The position numbers and the translations under genes are program-made. A stretch of 64,000 bases of DNA from an uncultured Methanosarcinaceae archaeon (lineage in GTDB: Archaea > Halobacteriota > Methanosarcinia > Methanosarcinales > Methanosarcinaceae): NCBI GenBank assembly GCA_963727895.1, contig CAVSHT010000009.1:192001-256000 (forward strand), given 5' to 3'. The notes under the pieces are model-generated. The model searched no databases and had not been told where the DNA came from. It saw only the letters and a program-made list of their open reading frames with translations. Below are positions 9,724-20,361 of the stretch, piece by piece. Each line of letters opens with the position of its first letter. The stretch's first letter is position 1.

Positions 9724-12469
9724 GTGTATTACGATCAGGAAATCAACTCAGTTTTTGAGGACTTTGGAGTATCAGAAGCAGGTTTGAGTTCTGAGGAAGC
9801 AGAAAAGAGACTTAAAGAGTATGGTGAAAATGAACTTAAAGAAAAAGAAAAAGTCTCAATCCTGCAGCTCTTTCTCTCACAATTTAAAAGTATATTGATT
9901 CTTATCTTGATAATTGCCTCTATTGTTTCTGCCTTGCTTGGGGAGCTAATTGACGCAATAGTGATTATTTTTACGGTTTTTCTTGCAGGCATTCTCAGTT
10001 TTGTGCAGGAATATCGAGCCGAAAAAGCAATTGAGCTTTTAAGATCCCTTACCTCTCCAGAAGCTACTGTAATAAGGGACGGAGTAGAAAAAAAAATTCC
10101 CTCAAAAGAACTTGTTCCCGGCGATCTTATTCTGATTCAAACCGGAGATCGCATTCCTGCGGATGCCAGGGTAATTAAAGAGTTCAATCTCAAAATTGAC
10201 GAATCTTCCCTTACAGGAGAATCCGTGCCAGTCCAGAAGAGCATCGAAGCTCTGCCTTCAGAAACTCCTGAAGCTGACAGGACAAATATGGTCTATGCAG
10301 GAACTGCAGTTGCTTACGGAAGAGGAAATGCGATTGTTACTGCAACCGGAATGAAAACGGCTTTTGGGGAACTGGCCGGGCTTCTGGGAACAATAGAGAG
10401 ATCCAGAACTCCCTTACAGGAAAGCCTTGACAAGTTCGGCAGATGGATTGGGGCTGCAACTCTTATAATTGTGGCTTTTGTCGCAATGCTTGGCGTTTTT
10501 TACGGCTTTCCTCTTCTTGATATGTTTCTCTGGGGAGTTGCCCTTGCGTTGCTGCTATTCCTGAAGCTCTCCCTGCGGTTGTTACGGTAGGACTTGGGCT
10601 TGGAGTAAGGCGTATGGTCAAAAGGCATGCCCTTGTGAGGAAACTACCATCTGTAGAAACTCTTGGAGCCACAAATGTTATCTGTTCGGATAAGACAGGC
10701 ACACTTACCCAGAACAAAATGACGGTTGAAAGAATATGCGCCAATAAGCAGATTTTTAAAGTTACGGGAGCCGGGTACTCTCCTTCAGGAGAGTTCTTCA
10801 AAAGGAGATGAAAAAGCTTCTACTGACGATATTCATCTTCATGTTCTCTTGCTAGGGGCTGTTCTTTGCAATGATGCAGGTCTTTTCAAGAAGAATGAGA
10901 AGTGGAAAATTAAAGGAGATCCTACGGAGGCAGCTCTTCTGGTTGCTGCCGCGAAGGCAGGGCTTAATAAAGTCGAGCTTGATCAAAAGTATCCGCGTCT
11001 TGCGGAAATACCCTTTTCCTCCGAAAGAAAAAGAATGACCACCTTCAGTAAACTGGAAGCCGATTCCGACAGTTTTCCTGTTAGAGGACTGATTGCTTTT
11101 TCAAAGGGAGCACCTGAAGTAATTCTCGGTTCATGTACGAAAATTTTTCTTGATGGTGAAATAAAATCTTTATCTCCTGAAGTAAAGCAGTTGATTGCAG
11201 GTAAAGTCAGGGAAATGGCTGACCAGGCCCTAAGGGTTATGGCTCTCTCTTTCCGTCCTCTTGCTGAAAATACCTCTCTTGAAAAAATTTCTTTCGGAGA
11301 ACATACTATCAGAAGAAATTGAAGATGAGATGGTCTTTTCAGGTTTAATGGGCATGAGAGACCCTCCAAGAGAGGAAGTAAAAGTTGCAATCCAGAAATG
11401 TGCAGACGCAGGCATTAAAACCGTAATGATAACAGGAGACCATAAGATTACAGCGTCTGCAATTGCAAAGGAACTCGGGATTTTAAAGGAAAACGATCTC
11501 ACTCTTACAGGTTCGGAGCTTGATAGCCTTGGGGATACTGAGTTTGAAGACAAAGTTGAAAAGATCTCGGTTTATGCCAGGGTCTATCCTATCCATAAGT
11601 TGAGGGTAATAGATGCTTTTAAGAAAAAAGGCTACGTCGTGGCAATGACCGGAGACGGGGTAAACGATGCCCCTGCCCTTAAAGCTGCAGATATGGGCAT
11701 AGCTATGGGCATTACAGGCACGGATGTCAGTAAAGAAGCTTCAAGCATGATCCTTACGGATGACAATTTTGCGTCCATTGTCGCAGCGGTTGAGGAAGGG
11801 CGAAACATATTTAAAAACATTAGAAATTTTATCACTTATGGACTCTCAGCTCATATCGGGGAGGTTCTCATAGTCCTCATCTCGATCCTGGGATGGCAAA
11901 TCCTGCCTCTTCTTGCGGTTCAGATCCTCTGGATTAACCTGATTACAGATGGACTTCCTCCAATGGCTCTGTCTGTTGAACCTCCTGACAGCGGACTTAT
12001 GAGACAGAAACCAAGAAAACGTTGAGGAAGGGCTTATTACCCGCCGAGAAATTGCAGCCGGGCTGGGAATTGGAGGATTGATTGCTCTTCAGGCTCTTAT
12101 CGTTTTAACCTGGGCTCTTGAAAGAGATTTCCCCATTGAGAAACTGCAGACTCTGATTTTTACACTTGTGGTCTTTTCAGAGATGTTTAACGCCTTTAAC
12201 TGGCGTTCTGATCGATACTCGATTTTTTCCCTTGGGCTTTTTACAAACAAATCTCTGGTTTATGCAGTCCTGACTACAATAATTCTGCAACTGATAGTAA
12301 TTTATGTTCCTTTTTTCCAAACTGCTTTTAGAACAGTTCCACTTTCTCTTTTTGAATGGGAATAGTACTGACTCTTGCTTCTACCACTCTTATTTCTATG
12401 GAAATTGTAAAATACTTTATAGGAGACAGCTATCAGGAGAAAAAACATGGAAAAACGAATTTCGATTAA
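9724..12469 (+). CDS. P-type (type II, Ca2+-like) cation-transporting ATPase, split by about five frameshifts
   Basis: [34 protein letters not shown] and [11 protein letters not shown] motifs spread over consecutive ORFs. Confidence 0.9.
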
Positions 12470-12600
12470 ATTTAAGGTGTTAAATTCCGGTTTTTAGATT
12501 TTGAATTTTAATCAATCTTCTGAAGGATAACTAAGGTTTCAATTTCTCGTTTACAATGAAACTAAAGCATTAATTACCTTTTCGTTCAGTTTTTCCTTTT

Positions 12601-13027
12601 TTATTCCGCATTTTCAAGACTTTTATTATAGTACAGAGTGAATTCCTTTCCAGGACGTAAGGAAAAATTATAAGAGGCGTACCTTTCGGTAGGAATTTTA
12701 ATATACATCCGAGATGTTGCAGACACAATTATTGCATCGTATTCCTTGTTCACAGGAGGCTCTGTATAATAAGATGCTTTTTCATAGTTCCTTAAATACT
12801 AGGGCAAAGGCCAATAAAGATTTTCAGTATCTACAACGGTTATCTTTAGATTTTCAGGCCCAAGATTAAATACTTCAATTTTCATCATGATGAAAAACTC
12901 GTTCCCCAAGGTTAAACAACCTTATTAGCAGGGCAAATGAGAGAATCAGAAATCCAAGTATTTTATATTTTTCCCCAGAAAGCCTTTTTGAGTTTTCAGA
13001 ATTGTATCCCTGACCTTGATACTTCAT
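12601..13027 (-). pseudogene. Internally deleted remnant of a TIGR03663/Agl23-like glycosylation membrane protein
   Basis: N-terminus ..FALLIRLFNLGERVFHHDE is fused near 12882 to C-terminus ..LYWPLP*YLRNY..LRPGKEFTLYYNKSLENAE*. TAG at 12799-12801. Confidence 0.7.
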
Positions 13028-13105
13028 TCCCCAAAACTTCCCATCATAACTGTTTCTTTATGAGGTATAGATATATTTAAGGGATAAGATGAAATAGTTT
13101 ATCTC

Positions 13106-13399
13106 ATGGCTGATGTAAAAATCAAATTATTTGCCAATTTGCGTGAAAAGGCAGGTACATCGGAACTGCATCTGTCGGGAAAAAAAGTTGTAGACGTACT
13201 TTTATCCCTTACTGAAAAATATCCTGAGTTAGAGGATCTTATTTTTGAAAAACCTGACGTAGAAAGTGAAGCTCCTATTATGCGTGGTTCAATTAACGTT
13301 CTTATAAATGGAAATAATGTCCGGCATCTTGAAGAAATGGATACCCTTCTTTCTGAAGCTGATGAACTTGCAATCCTGCCGCCTGTATCAGGAGGATAA
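13106..13399 (+). CDS. moaD: MoaD/ThiS/SAMP ubiquitin-like sulfur carrier
   Basis: KLFANLRE and C-terminal PPVSGG. Confidence 0.9.
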   Translation: MADVKIKLFANLREKAGTSELHLSGKKVVDVLLSLTEKYPELEDLIFEKPDVESEAPIMRGSINVLINGNNVRHLEEMDTLLSEADELAILPPVSGG

Positions 13400-13419
13400 C
13401 CTTTCAGGAAGGAAAAACA

Positions 13420-14613
13420 ATGGGCAAGATATTCAAAAAACGGACTTTGATTGATGAAGCTTTAAAAATTTTTCTTGAGAATATTTCTACTACAAGAAAA
13501 ACAGAAGAAGTTCCACTCGAAGTCTGCACAGATAGAGTGCTGGCAGAATCTATAACTTCGGAAAGAAATGTACCTCATTACCGGCGTGCTGCCATGGATG
13601 GATACGCATTAAAGGCTTCTGATACTCTGGGAGCTGCACCATCAAATCCGATAATGCTCCAACTTTCTGACAGAATAGAAGAAGGAAGCTTGACCTGGGT
13701 CCATACCGGGGATGTAATGCCTGAAGGAGCTGATGCTGTTATAACAGTTGAGGATACTATTTCCGCAGGAAATCTTATTGAGATCCAGGCTCAAGCTTAT
13801 CCGAACAGGAATGTGGGACAGATTGGAGAGGACATAAAGAAAGGGGAACGAATTTTTGAAACAGGTCATCTTCTTCGTCCATGTGATGCAGCTGTGCTTG
13901 CATCGATTGGGATTGACAGAATAAAGGTTTTCAAAAAGCCTGTTGTTGCCGTCATTCCGACAGGAGACGAACTCGTAAGTCGTAAAAAAAGAATGGATGT
14001 CCCCCTTCCGGGTATGGTGCTTGAGACTAATGGATTGATGTCGAATCTTTATGTAAAGAAATGGGGTGGAATTCCTCGAGATGTCGAAATAGTTCCTGAC
14101 AATCCAGATTGTATAAAAAAGGCCATAGAAGAAAATCTGGATGCCGATATGATTCTTCTTTCAGGCGGGACATCAGTAGGGAAAAGAGACTATGCTCCTG
14201 AGGTCGTAGCAAATCTTGGAGAACTGCTCGTACATGGTATAGGAGTAAGCCCTGGAAAACCTGCAGCTATTGGGGTAATAAAAAATATCCCTGTTGTTTG
14301 CCTGCCAGGTTATCCTGTAGCAGGACTAGTTGGCCTTTATTTATTTGTTCGCCCAGGTATAAGGAAACTGGCAGCAATTCAAGAGATTCCAAAGCTGATT
14401 CTTAAAAAACGCCTGGCTGCAAAAATCAGTTCGAAAATAGGATATGTAAGTTTTGTCCGTGTTGTCTTCGAAAGGGATAAAGTGCATCCTTTGGCAGGAG
14501 CCTTATCAGGGGCACTTAGTTCCGTTGCAAAGGCTGACGGATATGTACTGGTACCAGAAAATGTTGAAGGGTATGAAGAAGGAGAAGAAGTGGACGTCTT
14601 TTTAATCGAGTGA
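13420..14613 (+). CDS. moeA: Molybdopterin molybdenumtransferase
   Basis: AAMDGYA, TGDEL, SGGTSVG..DY, PGKP and LPGYP motifs. Confidence 0.95.
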   Translation: MGKIFKKRTLIDEALKIFLENISTTRKTEEVPLEVCTDRVLAESITSERNVPHYRRAAMDGYALKASDTLGAAPSNPIMLQLSDRIEEGSLTWVHTGDVMPEGADAVITVEDTISAGNLIEIQAQAYPNRNVGQIGEDIKKGERIFETGHLLRPCDAAVLASIGIDRIKVFKKPVVAVIPTGDELVSRKKRMDVPLPGMVLETNGLMSNLYVKKWGGIPRDVEIVPDNPDCIKKAIEENLDADMILLSGGTSVGKRDYAPEVVANLGELLVHGIGVSPGKPAAIGVIKNIPVVCLPGYPVAGLVGLYLFVRPGIRKLAAIQEIPKLILKKRLAAKISSKIGYVSFVRVVFERDKVHPLAGALSGALSSVAKADGYVLVPENVEGYEEGEEVDVFLIE

Positions 14614-15050
14614 CACACCGCAAGCCACTCAAGGTTAAAAATATCCCTACTAGCATTATGATAGTGAAATTTTAACACTATCTGCTACTCTTCGAACTTA
14701 CTTTTTTACTTATTTTGAGCCAAAAAAGGGTTTATTTCTTGAGAGAAGAGTTTTGAAATAGTATAGAAGTTTGTATCTTCGAAAAAGAAACTCTAAAAAC
14801 CCTTGAACAAGAGCAAAAATTCTCCCTTTTCTGAATATTGCATTTTGGATTTTTCAGGATTTGTTAAGAAAGAAATCACATTTAGAAAAAAGGGACATCA
14901 TAAAAAGTGTATGGTAGAAAAATTTGTAACAGAAAATCCATTACAGAAAAAGTTGATTAAAAACATTATCTGTAAAATATTGTTTTACAAAAAAATTTAT
15001 GAATACTTAAAAAGAAAATTGGAATAAGGTTTAATTAAAAACCCTTTAAA

Positions 15051-15233
<183 letters not shown>

Positions 15234-15576
15234 TCACTAAGTTTTGATTTTAATATTCTTTAAATTTAGCTGTAATTTATTACTTTATATACCCAAGTAT
15301 TCGCTTATTGCTGGACACTGCCGGTTGCCGCGGATTTTTATCTCCTCGACAGAGTCTCAATAAACAGATATTCAAACAGAAGTTACCTGTTCGATGATGT
15401 AGAATTGATAATTCTCAATGATACTTGAAGAATACTCTATTCCTTGAAGCCTGAAAGTGCGAAAGTATAAATGTCATCAAGCCTTGGATTTGTTATTAAA
15501 AGAAATGCTAGTAATTAAATGTTACGGATATCAGATTGAAATAAGGTAAACTTAAAAAATTCTGTTTTTAAAAAAG

Positions 15577-16296
15577 GTGATTAGCGTAATAAAAAATATA
15601 CAATCAATGCTTGCAGATATACGAGAAGAACTTGCAAGCATAAAAGAATTTCCTGATCCTGAATTTGTTGGCATTATTAAAGAGCTGGGATTTAGATGTG
15701 AACTCTGTGCACGCTGCTGCACTAAAGAGTTTAATGACCACGTTTTTCTGCTCGATGCAGACCTGACCGTTATAAGGCAAATAAATCCTGATGCTATTAT
15801 TCCTGCACCTTGCCCTGAGTTTTGCGATCAGAAGGGCAGGTTCTATGTCTCAGGTTATGCCCTGAAAACAAAGCCTGACGGTTCCTGTGTTTTCCTTGAG
15901 AATAAACGCTGCAAAATATATGATAGCCGACCTTCAATCTGCAGGGTTTATCCTTATATGCTTCATCGAGAAGCAGATGATTCAGGCAAAGTAGACTGGC
16001 GCCAGATAAGCGGCTTAAACGAACACGGAAGCTACAATTTTGAACTAGAAGATTCTGAATGTGAAGTAATTGCGCGGGAAACTAGAACTTATGAAGAGTC
16101 TTACCTGAAACAGATGATCGGTTTTTTTGAAGCTGTGGATGCCTATTTCAGAAAAAACGGCTTGAAACATGTTCAAAGTATATATGACCGCAAAATGCGA
16201 GAATTTCTTAAAGGCAAGTCTGAACTTGAAATTTTCGTATACAATAAGAGCGAATTTGAAAAATATAATTTTAAGTTAGATACCAATAAACAGTGA
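15577..16296 (+). CDS. YkgJ-family cysteine cluster protein
   Basis: FRCELCARCC, CVFL..RCKIYDSRPSICRVYPY. Confidence 0.9.
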   Translation: MISVIKNIQSMLADIREELASIKEFPDPEFVGIIKELGFRCELCARCCTKEFNDHVFLLDADLTVIRQINPDAIIPAPCPEFCDQKGRFYVSGYALKTKPDGSCVFLENKRCKIYDSRPSICRVYPYMLHREADDSGKVDWRQISGLNEHGSYNFELEDSECEVIARETRTYEESYLKQMIGFFEAVDAYFRKNGLKHVQSIYDRKMREFLKGKSELEIFVYNKSEFEKYNFKLDTNKQ

Positions 16297-16556
16297 AGTA
16301 AAATGAATTAATGAATGACCCAAAAAGCAACCATATCAGTCCTAATTTAGACAAAAAATTAAATTTAAAATTAAATAGCAGTGTTAATATTTTTTGCACT
16401 TAATTTATGATGAAACAAACCTAAAATAGAGAAATAGCAACGCTATAGGATAAAACGTTGCTATCCAAAGATATTCATATTTTTAATTTAAGTGCAAAAT
16501 CAAACAATTTCAATATAACAATTCAATGTAATTACGTTGAATATAGAGAGTTAATT

Positions 16557-16775
16557 TTATTTCTTGAGAATTTTGACTATTGGTTTAGTTACTGGTTTTT
16601 TGGTAACTTTAACTACTTGTTTAGTTACTGGTTTTTTGACAACTTTAGTTACTAGATTAACTAGTTTGTGATGTACATTGTCATTTACTTGTGCGCTTAC
16701 TGCTCCAGCTGTCACTGTAACCATAAAACATACTGCAAGCAAAACAGCAAGTGTTTTCTTGATTTGTTTTAACAT
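16557..16775 (-). CDS. Small secreted Lys/Val-rich protein
   Basis: Signal peptide ending AVSA, AGGAG SD, and a mature part with KKPVTK repeats. Confidence 0.75.
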   Translation of the reverse strand: MLKQIKKTLAVLLAVCFMVTVTAGAVSAQVNDNVHHKLVNLVTKVVKKPVTKQVVKVTKKPVTKPIVKILKK

Positions 16776-17370
16776 TTTTTAACTCCTTATTGAATTATTG
16801 ATTAATTAATGACATTTTAGACAATCGCAGTGGAAAAATAATAGAACATTATTTTTTAGAACACTATTTTCTTCAACTGCAATTATCTAGAGGTTGTCTT
16901 GCTGACTTTTGCACCAACGATTCATAAATCAGAATTAAAAAATATAACGTTACTTATATACTAAGAGAATAATCTAATTTATTTTTAAAAAAAGCTTTAT
17001 CCAACTGTGAATCTCAAAAAAACATTAAATAAAGAAATTAATACTTATTAAGCTCTATTAAGAGCGGATAAAATAGAAGAAAAAAGAATTTTATTTCAAA
17101 AAATATGTAATAATATAGCTTAAATATTGAAAAAAGAATAGAATATAAGGATTAATGTTTTTTTGAGTCATAGAATAGGTTATTTAGGAAAGAGGACGTA
17201 AATTTTCCACATATTAGATAAATATGAGTATTTAATAACTGAAAAAACAAAATAAAGAAATAGAACGGCCAATCATGAATATAAAAAACTCAAAGGATTT
17301 CAATAAAACCAAAATGGTGAGTTATAAGAAAAGTATAAAACTTCCAATATAAGTATTTAAATAAAAATTT

Positions 17371-18110
17371 GGCTTTGATACTTAAACATAGTTATATACT
17401 ATTAGAAAGTATATTTCTTCATGAACTGCCCCAGATGCAATAGTTCCAGTCACAAAAAGAACGGTATAGTTGGCGGGCGTCAACGGTACAAATGCTCTGA
17501 TTGTGGCTATAACTATACAGTAGAGCTAAAATCAACTGCTTTTTCCGCTTTTGTAAAAAGACAGGCTTTACAACTCTATCTTGAAGGATTGGGCTTTCGT
17601 TCAATAGGACGATTTTTAGGGGTGAGTCATGTTTCTGTCCAAAGATGGATAAAGAAATTTGGTCAGGAGTTAGAGGACCTAAAAAGTGAAAATGAGATAT
17701 CTATTGTTGAAATGGATGAAATGCACACTTACATCGGTAACAAAAAAAATATTGCTGGATCTGGATTGCTGTTGATAGAGTTGGGAAAAAGTTCATCAAC
17801 TGCTCTTTTGGTAGCAGAGGAACAGAAACTGGAAAACTACTCTGGGAAAAAGTGAAGAAAAAAGAGATTGGAGAAGTAATGACAGATCACTGGAGAGCAT
17901 ATGCAGAGTTTCTTCCAGAAAAGAGTCATACTCAATCAAAAGCAGAAACATTTACAGTTGAGGGATATAACAGCATATTGAGGCATTTTCTAGCAAGATT
18001 GAGAAGAAAGACAAAGTGTTATACAAAAAGTCTTGAAATGCTAAAGTACTCGGTTATTCTATTGATGAAATACAGAAATAAAGAGTTAACTATGTTTAAT
18101 TAACAATGCC
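17371..18110 (+). mobile_element. IS1-family element, apparently intact (InsA 17421 plus -1 frameshift into InsB, stop 18103)
   Basis: Imperfect TIRs ggctttgatacttaaacatagtta / taactatgtttaattaacaatgcc. 8-bp TSD aaaaattt at 17363-70 and 18111-18. Zn-finger CPRC..CSDC, A8 run 17742-49, and DE/TD..AY motifs. Confidence 0.95.
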
Positions 18111-18622
18111 AAAAATTTTAAAGCGGACATAAATTAACTGACAGTATGCCTTTTTTAAGATTATTTGATATTAAGTAACCAAAAAACAAAAACAACGGAG
18201 AAATTGTAAGAAAAAACTTAGTTGCTGTGTTTAGATATCCAAGTTACTTTGCAATTTAGTCGTTCAATATTAAAAATACCACAAAAAAGATAATTTTGAT
18301 TAAAAACTTGTGCTTATTAATAAAAAAGCCATTCTCAAAGTCGAATATGTCATATTGTGACATAATAATCAGTATGACATCAGACCATAAAATACCGCAC
18401 TTTACTTCTCGCCGTAAGTAAAATCTGGTGTCGCATCTGCTCAAGTAGTCGTTTTCGGAAAGAATTCAAAAATTTATGTTTATGATGATAAATGAATATT
18501 GATTACTTGCTTAAAACAAAGGGAAAACAATTAGTACTAAATATATTTAGTTGGAACACTTAAATGCAGTTCAAAAATTACACTTATAACATGATAAGAA
18601 ATGCTGGAGATAAGTTAAAGCC

Positions 18623-18892
18623 ATGAACATTGATCTAGATGAAATGCTTCAATTAGCATCAAGTTTTTTAGCGTTTTTTCTTTTTATTATTTCTTTTCTT
18701 GCATATATGCGAGAACGGAGGAAAAAACTATTTCTGTTATCTGCAGCATTTTTTTTCTATTCGCTAATGGAGTTTTTAGATGCAGGTGATATATTTTCTC
18801 CTAAAATAGGCGAATATTTTGAAATAGCGGGCAACTCTTTGAATTTTGTTATATTGGCGCTGTTTTTTCTTTCCATGATTACAAAAGAGTAG
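18623..18892 (+). CDS. Small three-TM membrane protein
   Basis: 89 aa with three hydrophobic segments, 7 bp upstream of the HTH gene. Confidence 0.8.
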   Translation: MNIDLDEMLQLASSFLAFFLFIISFLAYMRERRKKLFLLSAAFFFYSLMEFLDAGDIFSPKIGEYFEIAGNSLNFVILALFFLSMITKE

Positions 18893-18899
18893 GGTTGAA

Positions 18900-19424
18900 A
18901 TGGAATTTGAACTCGATACTAGAAGGAGAATCTACGAACAAATAAAAAAATCTCCTGGAATCCACTTCAGAGAAATCGAGCGAAGGCTGAACGTGGTAGT
19001 GGGCAATTTGCAGTATCACCTCCAGTATCTAGAAAAGAAAAAACTGATAGTAGCTTCAAATGACGATGATTACGTCCGCTATTTTGCAGTAGATAAGAAC
19101 TTAAACGAAAAAAAGAGAAAAATATTGTCTCTGTTAAGAAGATCCAGCTGCAGGCACATTCTCGTTCAACTACTTAAGAATCCTGACCTTAATAATAAAG
19201 ATATTTCTTCAGCTGTTGGTCTCTCACCTTCAACCATTTCCTGGAATCTAAACAAACTTGTTGAAACTGGAGTAATTGAAAGAAAAAAAACCGGAAGGGT
19301 AAGTAACTTTATAATCATCGATCCTACCACAGTTGTCGAACTTCTTATCTGCTACAAAGAAAGCTTTCTTGATACTCTAGTTGATGGTTTTATTGAAATG
19401 TGGGAATTCAAGAACTCTAAGTAG
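18900..19424 (+). CDS. Double winged-HTH transcriptional regulator (ArsR/MarR-like)
   Basis: RRRIYEQIKKSPGIHFREI..LQYHL and LSPSTISWNLNKL. Confidence 0.9.
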   Translation: MEFELDTRRRIYEQIKKSPGIHFREIERRLNVVVGNLQYHLQYLEKKKLIVASNDDDYVRYFAVDKNLNEKKRKILSLLRRSSCRHILVQLLKNPDLNNKDISSAVGLSPSTISWNLNKLVETGVIERKKTGRVSNFIIIDPTTVVELLICYKESFLDTLVDGFIEMWEFKNSK

Positions 19425-19844
19425 TTTGATCGTCTATATTTTGGTTGATATTATTCCAAGGATAGAAATACACCTTTTAGCTATTCTTTTCTGGTAAACT
19501 TATCACTTTATTAAGAACCCTTCAGTATGACATTAAACTGAATCACAAGCCATATTCTAAGTAACGTAAGAAAAACATCAATAAGGGATTGCTGGATAAT
19601 CAAAGTGTTGTGTTAGTCTCGTTCTCCGAATTTTGTTTCATTGATTTTTTTACTATATTGAGACATCTTGGTTAATTTAATGTGGATGATATATACATTA
19701 AATTCAAAATACGCTTGCAAGAGAATGTTGACTTGTGACTTAAAATATCATAGAGATCAGCTTAATTATACGTTTTTAACAATTTACTGACTAAAAATAC
19801 ATGAAAACTTATATGGTTACTGAATAAAAGTTTAAATTATTTAT

Positions 19845-19929
19845 TGTGGCGGGAAACATGGAAGAAACTTGGAAAAACCCGCCACATTCTCACATGGAAG
19901 AAAGCCGCCACATTCTCACATGGAGGAAG
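19845..19929 (+). repeat. 26-bp-period direct repeats plus hairpin, sRNA candidate
   Basis: ccgccacattctcacatgga at 19879-98 and 19905-24. tgtggcggg (19845-53) pairs with cccgccaca (19878-86). Confidence 0.7.
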
Positions 19930-20016
19930 GCCTAAAACATTTTGCAGTGTTGATCCCGATTTATCACCGCAATAACCTTCATTTTTCAGTCCTCATATGA
20001 CATAATATATATTCTG

Positions 20017-20093
20017 GTACATTATTCGAAAAGTAGTACAATTGTCGAATAATAGTACAATATTCGAATAGTCAAAATAGTATATAGTTGGAA
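20017..20093 (+). promoter_or_regulatory. Putative S-layer promoter with three 19-bp-period repeats upstream of a TATA-like box
   Basis: gtacattattcgaa (20017), gtacaattgtcgaa (20036), gtacaatattcgaa (20055), then caaaatagtatatag. Confidence 0.65.
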
Positions 20094-20361
20094 GGTTTAA
20101 ACGATTTACAATGGCAATGCGTATCGAAAATTTTTTAAATTCATTTAGATTACATAAATCAAGGACCACAACAGAGTTATAAGGAGCTATTTTATAAGAG
20201 GCTGTAAACTAATTTTCGGGGTGAGAAGACACGAAACAATCTTCGACAATTAACGAAATTCAAGATTTGGTTGATGAAGAATGGGGAAACCCCTTCATTA
20301 TTGATCCCGATAATTCTTCTTACATATAATAATTCTTAACAAATATGGAGGAAACAATAAA

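Noticed and set aside
14803..15027. Lys-rich 74-aa ORF
   Set aside because: AT-rich low-complexity intergenic sequence with a TTG start and no SD, likely spurious.
15390..15455. Possible C/D box sRNA (atgatg...ctga)
   Set aside because: Boxes are degenerate and I could not identify a guide complementarity.
19856..19929. CRISPR-like direct repeats
   Set aside because: Only two full copies, separated by 6 nt, with no unique spacers and no cas genes.
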